Positions 17,548-27,895 of a stretch of DNA of 64,000 bases are shown piece after piece. The notes under the pieces were generated by a model, which was given only the letters and a program-made list of their open reading frames with translations, ran no database searches and was not told the origin of the DNA. The position numbers and the translations under genes were made by a program. Positions within the stretch are counted from its first letter, which is position 1. Every line of letters starts with the position of its first letter. The stretch is from a virus: IMG/VR virus record IMGVR_UViG_3300040801_002290, positions 64,001 to 128,000 of that record; one strand, given 5' to 3'.

Positions 17548-19782
17548 TTAAATAAACTTGATTCCAACTATTGTAGTTGGTTGAGTACTTAGACTAATTG
17601 TTGATGGCCTGAAAATTTCTACTTCGGAGGATTCGTAGTCTCTAATAACATTGTAGTTAATAAAGTCTGGTTTTAGCGGGTAATTTTCCGGAGCTAGAGT
17701 TTCAATTGGCTCTCCGAGAATGTAGGAGAGAAAGTACAACTGGTCATTAAACGTAGTTCCAAAAGAGTCTAGATAGGAAGAAATAACAGAGCTAAAATAA
17801 TCTACCGTAATAGCATCTTCATACCTCTCAATCAGTGCTTCATAAAGATTATACAACACTTCTGCATTTCCCTCAAGAACTTCAAAATTACTACCATCTA
17901 TAACGTTGTAAAGAATACCTGTGGCGTCTCCTACCCCAGAGGCGGTAATGTAGGTAATATCGTCTATATCCTTTTTAATATAAACAGCCTGGCCTCCTGG
18001 TGCGTAAGGAGTGAATGAGTGTGCTTGGTTTATCTCTAACACTCCTGAGGTTGACGCCTTAGAAAGAACTTCCTCATCATAAGAAGCCTTATATTCAACG
18101 TATGTTTCATCCGTAAGATACTTAGACAAAACCATGTTGAAAACGTTGGAAATTCCAGTTATGTCACTAAGCGCCCTCAGTAATTCTGAGTACCTTACAG
18201 AGTCACCGGGGTTAATCAACTTTAAGTATTCCTCTACGGTTACTGCGGATTGCTGATAGATTGAATTCTTTGAAGTGCCAGCATCTAGACGCATAGTAAG
18301 AGTAGTGTTTAGTCTTATAAGTTCTGGCTCTCTGACAATTAGGTTTATTCCAGCGGCTTTCCACTCGTCGTTTAGAAACTGCCTAATAGTTCCTCGTAAA
18401 CCACCTGGCAAAGTACCATTCTCGTCTGACGCAAGCACCACAGCAGAGCCACGAGGAGTCAAGGTTGAAGGTAGAGTTTTTGCAAAAGACACACCAGGAA
18501 TTTGTAGAGTACCAGCCTCCAGGGAGGTGCTGGTAGCCCTCGCCAGACTTCCAAGATACTTTCTCAGAGACTCTCGATACTGAGCATCAGTATCCTCATC
18601 CGACGCCCCTCCTACCGCAGCAGAGTCAATGATTCTATAGTCCGAAGTTAAAACACTATCCGGGTCAAAAATCAACTCGTTGCTGATTTGGTCTGGTCTC
18701 TGCTGGACTCTTAGACCGTCAACAAGGTTTGTCTCTATAAAGCTTCTAAGAGAAGCAACAGTCGGAGAGGGGTAGACGGTGTCTTTGTAATTGAATGACG
18801 TGAGAGTTAGTTCAACAACCGTATTATTGTCCAAAACCTTAATTGAAGGAAGCTTATTTAGGGAGTTTTCTATGGGCAAGGCCAAAGTTATATTTGAAGT
18901 ACTGGCGTCAATATATTCAAAGATAAGACCAGCAGTTCTATTTATTGTTCCACCATCTGTATAAGTTGCAACGATAGAATTTTCTTTCGTAACATCCCCA
19001 GTTATTTCCACAAAGCCCGTTTTAGAAAAGTTAAATGCATTCAATGTGGAAAGAGAGCTAGTAGCATTATCGTAATCTAAAATCTCTGTAAATCGACTAT
19101 AGAACGGGGCTCCAGAAACCGCCTGCTGAGAGGAGAAGAAAATAAGTCCTGGATTCTTTGTGTTAAGAACACCAGTCAGACCGGGTGGAGGGGAAGGGAA
19201 GGAATAAATGCCGCCCTCACGAATGTTTGTCTTGCTCCCCTTATTTACAGAAGCTACAGGTAAAATCAAAAACTGAACAGCCCTATCTATGTAGATAAGC
19301 CTGTCTGTGTTTCCGGGGTCCACAAAAGGAAGAAGGACATCTGTGTTTCTTGGAGCTATTAGAGAAAATACTGTACCCTCTTCTCCCTGTAGGTTATACC
19401 CAACAAACTTGGTAGAACTTTGTACACCGCCGGTAAATTCTCCGGTTTCGTGATTATAGTCGGCATATCTCAGTTCAATACCCTCTGGGTTTGTCAAGGG
19501 AGAGTTACCGTATACCACAACGTACCCGGTAGCCCTAGTGGACGGACTTCTCTCTAGCTGAAAGGTTCCCTCAATTAACTTATCCAGATACTCTCCGGTC
19601 GCCGTTGCTACGTATGCCTGTCTACGAATTTCCTCAAGCTCGCTGTACACCCTCTCAAGAGAGGAGGAAAAGGCGTAAAAAATACCACCAATTACCGAGC
19701 CTATGGAGAAATCTGTAATTCTATTCTGAATAGCAGAATAAAATGAAATTATATTTCTTCTAATTTCGCTAAGAGTTTTCAT
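17548..19782 (-). CDS. Baseplate J-like protein
   Basis: 'DFSIGSVIGG...', 'ATATGEYLDK', 'GGASDEDTD..YR..L...LARAT..SLE', 'AAGI'. Confidence 0.88.
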   Translation of the reverse strand: MKTLSEIRRNIISFYSAIQNRITDFSIGSVIGGIFYAFSSSLERVYSELEEIRRQAYVATATGEYLDKLIEGTFQLERSPSTRATGYVVVYGNSPLTNPEGIELRYADYNHETGEFTGGVQSSTKFVGYNLQGEEGTVFSLIAPRNTDVLLPFVDPGNTDRLIYIDRAVQFLILPVASVNKGSKTNIREGGIYSFPSPPPGLTGVLNTKNPGLIFFSSQQAVSGAPFYSRFTEILDYDNATSSLSTLNAFNFSKTGFVEITGDVTKENSIVATYTDGGTINRTAGLIFEYIDASTSNITLALPIENSLNKLPSIKVLDNNTVVELTLTSFNYKDTVYPSPTVASLRSFIETNLVDGLRVQQRPDQISNELIFDPDSVLTSDYRIIDSAAVGGASDEDTDAQYRESLRKYLGSLARATSTSLEAGTLQIPGVSFAKTLPSTLTPRGSAVVLASDENGTLPGGLRGTIRQFLNDEWKAAGINLIVREPELIRLNTTLTMRLDAGTSKNSIYQQSAVTVEEYLKLINPGDSVRYSELLRALSDITGISNVFNMVLSKYLTDETYVEYKASYDEEVLSKASTSGVLEINQAHSFTPYAPGGQAVYIKKDIDDITYITASGVGDATGILYNVIDGSNFEVLEGNAEVLYNLYEALIERYEDAITVDYFSSVISSYLDSFGTTFNDQLYFLSYILGEPIETLAPENYPLKPDFINYNVIRDYESSEVEIFRPSTISLSTQPTTIVGIKFI

Positions 19783-20315
19783 TGTCTGTCCTCAACGGCA
19801 AGAGAAATACTGATTACTTCTCTTTGTGCAGTAATTGGTATAACCGAGCATGTAACTTCAACCGAGGTGGGTGTAGAAAAAACTGCTCTCACTTCCGCTA
19901 CTTCTTTTGTTCTCCTATCTTTATACAACTCTTCTGTTATGTCAGCAACAAGTCTAGATGTTATTACGCTTTTCGAAGCATAACTTTGTCCTAAGTAGTT
20001 TCTCCACGGAACACCAAAAAACCTGTCCTCAGGGTGAGTACCCCTATCGGTCACAAGCCTGTGGGTTATAGCTTGAGCATAATTTAGAAGTCCACTTACT
20101 TCGCGCAAATCACCGGAGGAGAAAAACTGCCTCTCGTTAATAAATAAGTCTCCTTCGGCAAACATAAGTAAATCTGTGCCATAAAGCCTTATATTTTCCT
20201 GGCTTCTGGCATAAAGGGCTTCTTTTTCCACGCCATCAGCAGTAAGAAAATCCTCTCTTGAGGAATTTAATATAGCCCCGTTAATAGAAATAGTTGCCTT
20301 GGTCGTCGTTAACAT
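19779..20315 (-). CDS. Baseplate wedge / sheath initiator (gp25-like)
   Basis: 'GDL....G..N..QAI.HRL.T..G.HP....FG' and 'DRR..EV' motifs. Confidence 0.75.
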   Translation of the reverse strand: MLTTTKATISINGAILNSSREDFLTADGVEKEALYARSQENIRLYGTDLLMFAEGDLFINERQFFSSGDLREVSGLLNYAQAITHRLVTDRGTHPEDRFFGVPWRNYLGQSYASKSVITSRLVADITEELYKDRRTKEVAEVRAVFSTPTSVEVTCSVIPITAQREVISISLAVEDRQ

Positions 20316-20321
20316 AAAAGT

Positions 20322-20350
20322 ATTCTACCACAGTTAAAAATCATTCTCAA
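20322..20350 (-). promoter_or_regulatory. sigma70-like promoter, probably giving a leaderless mRNA
   Basis: TTGAGA-17-TAGAAT with extended TG; the ATG at 20315 is 6 nt downstream and has no SD. Confidence 0.7.
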
Positions 20351-20872
20351 TCAACTATACCTGTCAATAATTTCCTGAGCATTTCCACCTATCTGACCGA
20401 AGAGCTTCCCAATTCTGTCTATAGTGGCAGCAGTACCGCCATCCCCACCAACGATGAGAATAATTGCAGCGACAGACTCGTCTCCACCCCCTGGACTTCT
20501 ATCTGGTAACCCAGAACCTAGCTCACTCGATATTTCTCCGCTCATTCCGTCTATTCTTCCTACGTAGTTAAAATGATAAATTCCAGAAGCACTAAGAGCA
20601 TCAGCTAGTTGACTCGTTAAACCCTTAGCCTCGTCAAGGATAGCGTTAGCTTGAGTTAATACATTCTGAGCATTATTAGCGGTTGCTTGGGCCTTGGTAA
20701 GCTCTTGTTGAACACGAAGAGCCTTTTGTTGTAGAGCCTCAACACCCTTTTGCTTATCTTCCAAGAAGGACTCTACCTCAGCAGACTTTTCTTGCAATGT
20801 AGCTGCCGCTTCATTAAGACCAGGAGCTAAATCAGAAAAAGAAATTTTACCCTGATAAATTAATTCGGCCAT
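20351..20872 (-). CDS. Coiled-coil baseplate-associated protein
   Basis: SD AAGGAG; long heptad region; lies in the tail operon. Confidence 0.65.
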   Translation of the reverse strand: MAELIYQGKISFSDLAPGLNEAAATLQEKSAEVESFLEDKQKGVEALQQKALRVQQELTKAQATANNAQNVLTQANAILDEAKGLTSQLADALSASGIYHFNYVGRIDGMSGEISSELGSGLPDRSPGGGDESVAAIILIVGGDGGTAATIDRIGKLFGQIGGNAQEIIDRYS

Positions 20873-20881
20873 AAATTCTCC

Positions 20882-21178
20882 TTAAACAATATTTACATTC
20901 CCGCTGTTTGCAACAACGGTGTGAGTAGCATCGCAACTAGCCCTGTCTCCGTTTACAATGACACCCTGCCCGTTAACTCTAATTGTGCCCTGACTAGCTA
21001 TCATGGTTGGGGAAGTATGAGTTGGAAATAAAAATCTCGTATGCGTTGGTATAACATCCCCGTGGACAACAACTGTTCTTCCATTAATTCTAACATTCCC
21101 TGTTTTAGAAATAATAGCAGGGCTAGGGGACCAGGGGGAGGTTATAACACCGTCGCCAGAAAGGGCAATTGCAGGCAT
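20882..21178 (-). CDS. PAAR-repeat spike tip protein
   Basis: 'V.INGR.VVVHGD.I..H', 'VNG..V..NGD.ASC..TV..GNV', with His/Cys metal ligands. Confidence 0.9.
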   Translation of the reverse strand: MPAIALSGDGVITSPWSPSPAIISKTGNVRINGRTVVVHGDVIPTHTRFLFPTHTSPTMIASQGTIRVNGQGVIVNGDRASCDATHTVVANSGNVNIV

Positions 21179-21186
21179 ATTTTCTC

Positions 21187-23421
21187 CTAAGCGTCGAAGT
21201 CGATTGAAGCGCCAGAAACTGTTACTGCTCCGGTTGCCGTTAGACCAAATGTAGACCCGCTTGTCAAATCAGCAGCGCCGACACTCTCCATTAACAAAGT
21301 TGACCCATTAATAATTACAGGTGAGGTACTGTTACCCAACGTTATCGCTCCGGTTCCAACATCGTTTCCAACGTTAATCGTGAAGCCAGCCCCCGCCGCC
21401 TCCCTCATTACATCTACGGTGGATTCATTCTGTAAAATCCTTGAGGCTGGAGCCCCGCCCAAATACTTAATCGTCTCTATCTCTGTTCCAGTTACATTCA
21501 AATCAGATGCTGGAACTCCACCAATTAGGACATTTACAGTGGCAGAAGGGGTCAAGGCATTCTCTGTGTGAACTACCGAAGGAACACCAGCATTATACAT
21601 GGTGGTTGTAGTTGTAAAAACAGAACCGTCTTCTACTCTATCTATAGCTGGTACACCGGCTGTAAGAATGTTTGTTGTTATGGAAGGAGTGGAACCATCT
21701 TCCGTTACAATAATCTGATTAAGGTTGGGTAGAGTGGTGGTCTTTCTAGACATCGCGGTGTTCGTTCCGGTTATGGTTTCTAGAGTCTCAATAGTATCCT
21801 CTCCAACCCTTTCCAGAAGAGTTGTTTTGGTTACCTCGGAACTAGACACAGTTACGGTTTCAGTGTATTCATGTGGTACAGCGGGGTTATCGTGCTTAAG
21901 TATGTTGGTTTGCGTTACGGCTGTCCCATCCATTTCTTGTCTAATTGAGGAGGACTGTACAGCCCCGTCAAAACCAAGATTTTCCTGGGCCGTCTCAACA
22001 ACCAAGTTAGTACCGCTTCTGTACATAGAGTATGACTGAGCAGCAGTGTCAGGGTCTGTATTACTCCTCATGTAAATTCCTGGGGAGCCAGCACTATTCA
22101 CCAACGAGTTCATTCCAGAAGAAAGCCTGCTATTAATTTCCCCTATGATTCCTGCTGTACTAACCATGAGAAATTCCTGATTAGGAACATCATCTTTAGT
22201 TAACCCGGTTTTAGTTCCAAACTCCGTTTGAGAGTCTCCGAAGTTAGAGCCGTTGCGAATGTAGGTAAATTCTCCCACATCTTTTACTCCACCCTGCTCA
22301 ATCACCTGTCTGTTAGCAGTCCAGGAGATAACCCTAGGAGCCTCTGGATTAGCTTCTAATAAGACTCCTTGACCTAGGTGGTCTCTTACTCGCACCTGAC
22401 TCTTATCTGCATTATGCACAACGGTGAACCCAGAGTCATACTGGTTCTTAAGGGTTATCAGAAGTTGCTCACCGTCACCATACTGGTCCTGAATCAGAAG
22501 CTTGTTGTTTCCCCTTAAGGCCACCTGGTACTCTTCTGCCGCTGGTAATTCTCGTTCAAACTCAGCTTTATCTAGGTAATCCTTGTCTAGAACGGGTTGA
22601 TAGGAAACGTAGTTTTTGTTTTTCAGTACTAATTTCTCTTTTTTGGGCTTCCAGCCCGAAACCTTTTCTTCAAGGTCATAGTGGTCTGCTGTAAACCTAG
22701 TATCCATAGGCTCATTTAAAACATTTATATATGTGTAATTCTCGTCCTCTTCTATTTCAGACGGAACATTAAGAGGGTTGGGGTATAGACCTTGGTCAGC
22801 CTCTAGGTCCCCACCGTACCCAACATAAGCACCAGATTCTACAAGGTATTCATCGCTTACGTTTCCGCCAATGTCGAAAACTGAGTCCCCACGAACAGCA
22901 AATCTTCCTTTAGAAAGATTACTCCTGTAAAAACTTCTAAACCTATACCCAGTAATAGACCTTACATACTTCTTTACAAAGTTGGAATTAATAGTGGCGA
23001 AAAACTGCTTATTGTGGTCTCTATGTGTTCTAAGATGACCGTAGTCGCCCGAGAATGACCCCCACTGAGGCACTGGGGATTGACCAACAATGTTTTTAGG
23101 GTCAGGAGTACTGTTGTAGGTAGAATACTTGTATATAGGATTAGCTCCGTACTCTCTCCTGCTCTCTTCAATCCAAACAACATCCCCAACCTGGGGAACC
23201 TTGAATGAACCAAGTACATCCTGTGGAACAACGACATTTAACGCTATTCCACCGCCACCCCCACCGCCAAGTTTAAAAACACCGAGGTGAAAGTTCCTTC
23301 CGGTCTGAGGGGACATTTTTTCAATGACGCCCTCTTCCTGCAAGTCATTAAGACTTCCATTGTGGTCAACCCATGCAACATAAGCCTGAAAATGAGAGCT
23401 ATAAATTCCGAACTCATTCAT
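21187..23421 (-). CDS. Baseplate central spike (gp5/VgrG-like)
   Basis: OB-fold-like 'VPQVGDVVWI' and a T/V/S-rich beta-helix-like C-terminus, directly upstream of PAAR. Confidence 0.75.
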   Translation of the reverse strand: MNEFGIYSSHFQAYVAWVDHNGSLNDLQEEGVIEKMSPQTGRNFHLGVFKLGGGGGGGIALNVVVPQDVLGSFKVPQVGDVVWIEESRREYGANPIYKYSTYNSTPDPKNIVGQSPVPQWGSFSGDYGHLRTHRDHNKQFFATINSNFVKKYVRSITGYRFRSFYRSNLSKGRFAVRGDSVFDIGGNVSDEYLVESGAYVGYGGDLEADQGLYPNPLNVPSEIEEDENYTYINVLNEPMDTRFTADHYDLEEKVSGWKPKKEKLVLKNKNYVSYQPVLDKDYLDKAEFERELPAAEEYQVALRGNNKLLIQDQYGDGEQLLITLKNQYDSGFTVVHNADKSQVRVRDHLGQGVLLEANPEAPRVISWTANRQVIEQGGVKDVGEFTYIRNGSNFGDSQTEFGTKTGLTKDDVPNQEFLMVSTAGIIGEINSRLSSGMNSLVNSAGSPGIYMRSNTDPDTAAQSYSMYRSGTNLVVETAQENLGFDGAVQSSSIRQEMDGTAVTQTNILKHDNPAVPHEYTETVTVSSSEVTKTTLLERVGEDTIETLETITGTNTAMSRKTTTLPNLNQIIVTEDGSTPSITTNILTAGVPAIDRVEDGSVFTTTTTMYNAGVPSVVHTENALTPSATVNVLIGGVPASDLNVTGTEIETIKYLGGAPASRILQNESTVDVMREAAGAGFTINVGNDVGTGAITLGNSTSPVIINGSTLLMESVGAADLTSGSTFGLTATGAVTVSGASIDFDA

Positions 23422-26400
23422 TTTCTACTCTCCCAAAAGTTTCAAAATTTCCGCTTCTTAAAAACGCTTTTTGCTCCCCGTTAAGACCGAGGACATCATC
23501 TGGAATACTTCTAAAGTTGTCTCTTATGTACTCAGATACCTCAGGTATGGTTGGCTTTTCTGGAGAAACAAAACGCCTATAATTTTCCAGAAGAGCGACA
23601 ACTTCAAGATAAGCATTTCTGCTATTAGGAGTTTCTAAGTCTGAGTCGATGGCCATGGTTGTTCTTACATTGCCCAAAAATCCATCTCTCCATACTATAT
23701 AAGCATCGCTAAGCGGGGGAACTATAATTTCTGTCCCCACAACACCTCTGCCTAACTCCCTAGCTGACCTTTCGGTTGTCTGTAACGTCTCAGACTCGCT
23801 TACGTCTGGGGGCTCGTAAGACAAACCAGTATCAATTGGGTCATAGAAGTTAGCCAACTCATACATGTAATTCGAAGAATTTCTAAAGTACTGAGAATTG
23901 TGTAGGAAAGAAGCTTCTTTATACTTTTTATCCTCTTGAAACTGGTTTATGTACATGTTCTGCATAGCAGACCTCTCGGAGAGGTATTCTTCCCATAAAT
24001 CCTGCTGAAAAGTGTCGTCGTAACCAATTTTCATCTTCTTTTCGATTGATATGAATCCTATTGGTAAAAAGCTCTTAGGCTCTAGAAGAACAAGATTGTC
24101 CTGACCGTAGTTAAGATTTAGTACCGTTTCAGCGGCAGCAGCATAGCTAAACCTGTGAGCTACCCCCTCTATGTAGTAGGAGGAGGCCCTAAAGTTCTGA
24201 AACTTTACAGCATTAATGATGCCTTGGTTTCTATCAAGAGAAAGTAGTTGATTAATAACCTCTTTTGATGAAGCATACCCATAGGTAGCAGACTTAATCA
24301 GGGTACTGTACACGTCTATTATTTCCTGGTCTTTTATATTCCCCTGGTCCCAGTTTTTAAATCCTCCAGGAAGTTTTTGGTGATACCAGTAGGTGGTAGG
24401 AAAATACTCTGGAGTAAATACATTTATATTGGGTATGGAGTCTCTCAGAAATTCAAATGTTCTTAAAAATGCATTGGCTACAAATTCGTGTGGATTTCTA
24501 TTATATAAATCGTACATGTCTGTGTTGGGAATAGGCAAAATACTTTCACCGGTAGTATAAAAATATGAGTCTTTTCCGGGCTGTAAGAATCTTTTCTCCA
24601 CTCCAATGTACATTTCTAGAAGCTCTTGGTCTGTCAGTATATAGTTCAACCACTCAATCATCTTGTTTACATCAAAGACTGTTCTAGAACGCTTCTTATT
24701 CTTCTGCAAAGAAAGAAGCACTGTCTCCCCCGCTCTAAACGAGGTATTGTTTCTCAACCTTACGGTAGCCTTCTTTAGGGGCTTGCCATAAAACATTCTG
24801 TAAAGGTGAGCCTTTCTCTTGGCCCCGCCCCTCTCTGACTGATACAAATCCTGAATTTGCATGGTTCTAAGACCATATTTGAACAATTCAGGGGCAAGAC
24901 TTTCCGGTGGAATGTCCTCCTCTATGCTGTCAATAGGCATTTTTCCAGAAGGAGGAACACTTCTTCCAATAAAAGCTAGACCACCAAAGGTAGTTACCTG
25001 TCTAGTGAGGATGGGAGACACGTCTACAATGGTGGACAACTGAGAGTCATCAACGGAGAAGGAAGTACCACTGGCCATTATCTCATAGTCCTGAATAATA
25101 GGGGTAACTCCCGTGTCCGGAGTTCTTTCTATAGCCTCAAATTTTAGGCGATACCTAAACCTACCAGACTCATCAACAAACATTTCGTAAAAGTCAGCAA
25201 CCCCTCCTACGCGACGTAGGTTATTCATAATGCTTTCTCTTCCGTTTATGTTTTGAGCAGTATTGATAGCCCCTTCTACTGTAGGGTCTCTATAAGACTT
25301 GTCCAGAGTTGTTGACATCTCTCTAATTCTAGTTATATCTAGATAATTAATAGGAGAAAACACCCTAAGAAACTCTGGTTGTTCTGACTCCGCTGAATTA
25401 ACGTAATCTGAATACACAAATGTTCCGCGAATTGGAACGTTACCGTCTTCCTGGCCGGGAAACTTGGGGTTAAAGACGTTTTGTTCTGATTCATCTGTGT
25501 CTACCGGGTCTTCGTCTCCGTACGCCTTCCTTAACCATAGACTTCTATTAAACGCCAAAATTGAATAGGAGGTTGGTTTACCGAAAACAACCTGTCTAGC
25601 AGCCCACCTTGAGATAATCTGTTGAATAGCTCTGGGTGGGGACATGTTCATATAGACGGTGTTGTAGTCTGTTAGTGGAGCATAGGTGGCTTCCGGGTAG
25701 AGTAAGTCCTCATAAAAAACCTCATTCGACGTGAGAACCTTTTCATAGCCCGAGCCAGAAAGAGTAACCAAATAGGTCCCGTCCGTTGTTCCTATAGACG
25801 TAGAAATGCTAGAGACAACTCCCTTTAGGGCTAGGTACGGAGTTTCTCCGTGGGCTCCATTAAGTAGAACCTTTCTTCCGTTACTGAACACCTGGGAAAC
25901 AGTTGTCTGTCCCCTTCTGGCGAGGTAGTTATTAGCGTACGCTCTGGCTTTGTCATTTACGCTATTTTTTAAAATGTTTAGAGAAAGTATTGCCTTATTT
26001 GGGTCTTCAAAACCAAGTTCACGGAGTTTAACTAGCTGAGTGTTTAGAACATCGGCTTCGTCTGTAGAGTCCAGAAGTAAAAAATCTCCAGTAGACTGGT
26101 CAACCTCTAGATTCTGTATTACAGAATTTAAAGTATTTATTCTCCCCTGAAAAGCAGGAGCTTCTGGGGATAGTACGCCAACTGGAATATAGGTGGCTGG
26201 GTCAATTCTTCTTAGAGTAGCCAGAATATCCACTATGTACTGTCTCTGTGTTTCGTCCGCTTCCGGGAAGGAAGCCGCTACATAGTCCTGAATCTTTACA
26301 TAAGCAGTCTCAGGCAAGACTCCGGTGCCAGCTTCTTGAGACATAACCAAAAGAACATCGGATAGGTTTTCCTGAGACACAGTATTTATTTGGTCTATAG

Positions 26401-27250
26401 GATTAACATCTTCTTCCTCTGATGCCCCTAAGTTTACCGACTCTAGCTCAACAGCCTCTTTAACAATATCGTTAACAAGTCCTAGGTTAAAAAGCATCGT
26501 TTCATCGAAGTCTCTTTCGCCAGTAGAAAACTGGTTCTGTCTGTCTCCAGAACCTATAATACCCTTTATTTCATTACTTTCATTTTGAAGAAAATCGTCG
26601 TTATCAAAAGAAGGAACATCGTCCTTTAGATAGAAGTCCTGGGGGTCATGATAAATCCAGATGGTGACAGTATCATTAACATCTACCAAATCTTCCACAT
26701 TGAAGGCAGACTGAGAGCCAGAGATTCTATATCTACTTAATCCCAAGTCGTCATCTTTTACATATTTCCAGTCAGCTTCATTACTACCATCTGGACTTAT
26801 TGGGTCCAGTAGTTGTGGAAGTGCATTTTCAAAATCAGATTCAATTAAGTCGTTTCTTGAAATAGGAAGACCGGTGGCATATCTAAAAGCAGACTCGCTG
26901 CCCTTGGGAAGAACCAAAAGCAAGTCGTCCAAAGTAAACGCTACAGAAAAACCAGAGCCTCCATTTACAGAAGTAGAGGTTTCAACTCTAACAACGTTTA
27001 GAGGAAGGATTTTATAATAGCCCTGTTTTTCCTGGTAATCCTCTTCGCTAGCAACCCCAACGGTGTCGTTAACTCCTGGCCTAATGGTGGATTTATACGG
27101 TTTGGATTCTGCCCCGATAAGAGACATGTCTGCATCATTGGGGGATAACTCCGTGCCTTCCGGGTTTGGCCACACAGATTCTATCGCTACTATAGCGAAA
27201 GCTGAGTATTGAGGTGCGTTTCCTTCATATCTCATTACAAAGAGCCCCAA
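23414..27250 (-). CDS. Baseplate hub protein (large)
   Basis: 1278 aa between the tube-initiator-like gene and the spike; 'FYEMFVDESG...R', 'YG.R..', 'YYIEGV.H.F'. Confidence 0.7.
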   Translation of the reverse strand: MGLFVMRYEGNAPQYSAFAIVAIESVWPNPEGTELSPNDADMSLIGAESKPYKSTIRPGVNDTVGVASEEDYQEKQGYYKILPLNVVRVETSTSVNGGSGFSVAFTLDDLLLVLPKGSESAFRYATGLPISRNDLIESDFENALPQLLDPISPDGSNEADWKYVKDDDLGLSRYRISGSQSAFNVEDLVDVNDTVTIWIYHDPQDFYLKDDVPSFDNDDFLQNESNEIKGIIGSGDRQNQFSTGERDFDETMLFNLGLVNDIVKEAVELESVNLGASEEEDVNPIDQINTVSQENLSDVLLVMSQEAGTGVLPETAYVKIQDYVAASFPEADETQRQYIVDILATLRRIDPATYIPVGVLSPEAPAFQGRINTLNSVIQNLEVDQSTGDFLLLDSTDEADVLNTQLVKLRELGFEDPNKAILSLNILKNSVNDKARAYANNYLARRGQTTVSQVFSNGRKVLLNGAHGETPYLALKGVVSSISTSIGTTDGTYLVTLSGSGYEKVLTSNEVFYEDLLYPEATYAPLTDYNTVYMNMSPPRAIQQIISRWAARQVVFGKPTSYSILAFNRSLWLRKAYGDEDPVDTDESEQNVFNPKFPGQEDGNVPIRGTFVYSDYVNSAESEQPEFLRVFSPINYLDITRIREMSTTLDKSYRDPTVEGAINTAQNINGRESIMNNLRRVGGVADFYEMFVDESGRFRYRLKFEAIERTPDTGVTPIIQDYEIMASGTSFSVDDSQLSTIVDVSPILTRQVTTFGGLAFIGRSVPPSGKMPIDSIEEDIPPESLAPELFKYGLRTMQIQDLYQSERGGAKRKAHLYRMFYGKPLKKATVRLRNNTSFRAGETVLLSLQKNKKRSRTVFDVNKMIEWLNYILTDQELLEMYIGVEKRFLQPGKDSYFYTTGESILPIPNTDMYDLYNRNPHEFVANAFLRTFEFLRDSIPNINVFTPEYFPTTYWYHQKLPGGFKNWDQGNIKDQEIIDVYSTLIKSATYGYASSKEVINQLLSLDRNQGIINAVKFQNFRASSYYIEGVAHRFSYAAAAETVLNLNYGQDNLVLLEPKSFLPIGFISIEKKMKIGYDDTFQQDLWEEYLSERSAMQNMYINQFQEDKKYKEASFLHNSQYFRNSSNYMYELANFYDPIDTGLSYEPPDVSESETLQTTERSARELGRGVVGTEIIVPPLSDAYIVWRDGFLGNVRTTMAIDSDLETPNSRNAYLEVVALLENYRRFVSPEKPTIPEVSEYIRDNFRSIPDDVLGLNGEQKAFLRSGNFETFGRVENE

Positions 27251-27891
27251 ATTCTGGCCTTATTACTGGCCCTGTGAGAGTAGTCCTGTAGAACTATCAT
27301 TCTTAAATCTGCGCTTAAGGTCGTGTTCGAATCTGACCTTTGCTGCATATCTAAGCTTTCGATAGTTACCTTATACTTACCTAGGTATTTTTCTGTACCG
27401 TCGGAAAAGTTGTCGTATCCCAACAAATAAAGCGAGCCAAAATACCTACCTTGATTAGCAGAAAGGTAAGATATTGCTTCTAATCCATTAACATAAGACT
27501 CCCAAAGCCTCCCGGCCTTGATAATCTTTATATTTAGGCCAACCTTTTTGATTCCAGCACCAAACGTGGTCACAGAGTTGCCACCCAAAGTGTGATATTG
27601 AACAATTTTATTCTTTATCTGTGGGGTGTACTCTTGGGCAAGGGCCACATTGGTATTAAATGGAAGAATTAGGGTTGAATTATAGCCAACCCTCACAATC
27701 TCTTCTGTACTAAAGTCATTTGGGTCATAGGAGGATGTCTCAAGAGTAAGATTAGCCTTGTCTTTTTCGTCCCCTACGTACTTCTTCTTCTCACCAATGA
27801 CATAGATTCTAATCTTCCCGTTTATGGTAGCCGGGAAGGAAGGTTGCCACATTAATTGATATCTTTTTAACTCTCTACCACTTGTAGCCAT
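27235..27891 (-). CDS. Tail tube initiator / baseplate protein
   Basis: Position after the tape measure genes; 'LPFN.N....Y...I....TLGG' pattern. Confidence 0.5.
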   Translation of the reverse strand: MATSGRELKRYQLMWQPSFPATINGKIRIYVIGEKKKYVGDEKDKANLTLETSSYDPNDFSTEEIVRVGYNSTLILPFNTNVALAQEYTPQIKNKIVQYHTLGGNSVTTFGAGIKKVGLNIKIIKAGRLWESYVNGLEAISYLSANQGRYFGSLYLLGYDNFSDGTEKYLGKYKVTIESLDMQQRSDSNTTLSADLRMIVLQDYSHRASNKARIWGSL

Positions 27892-27895
27892 AAAG

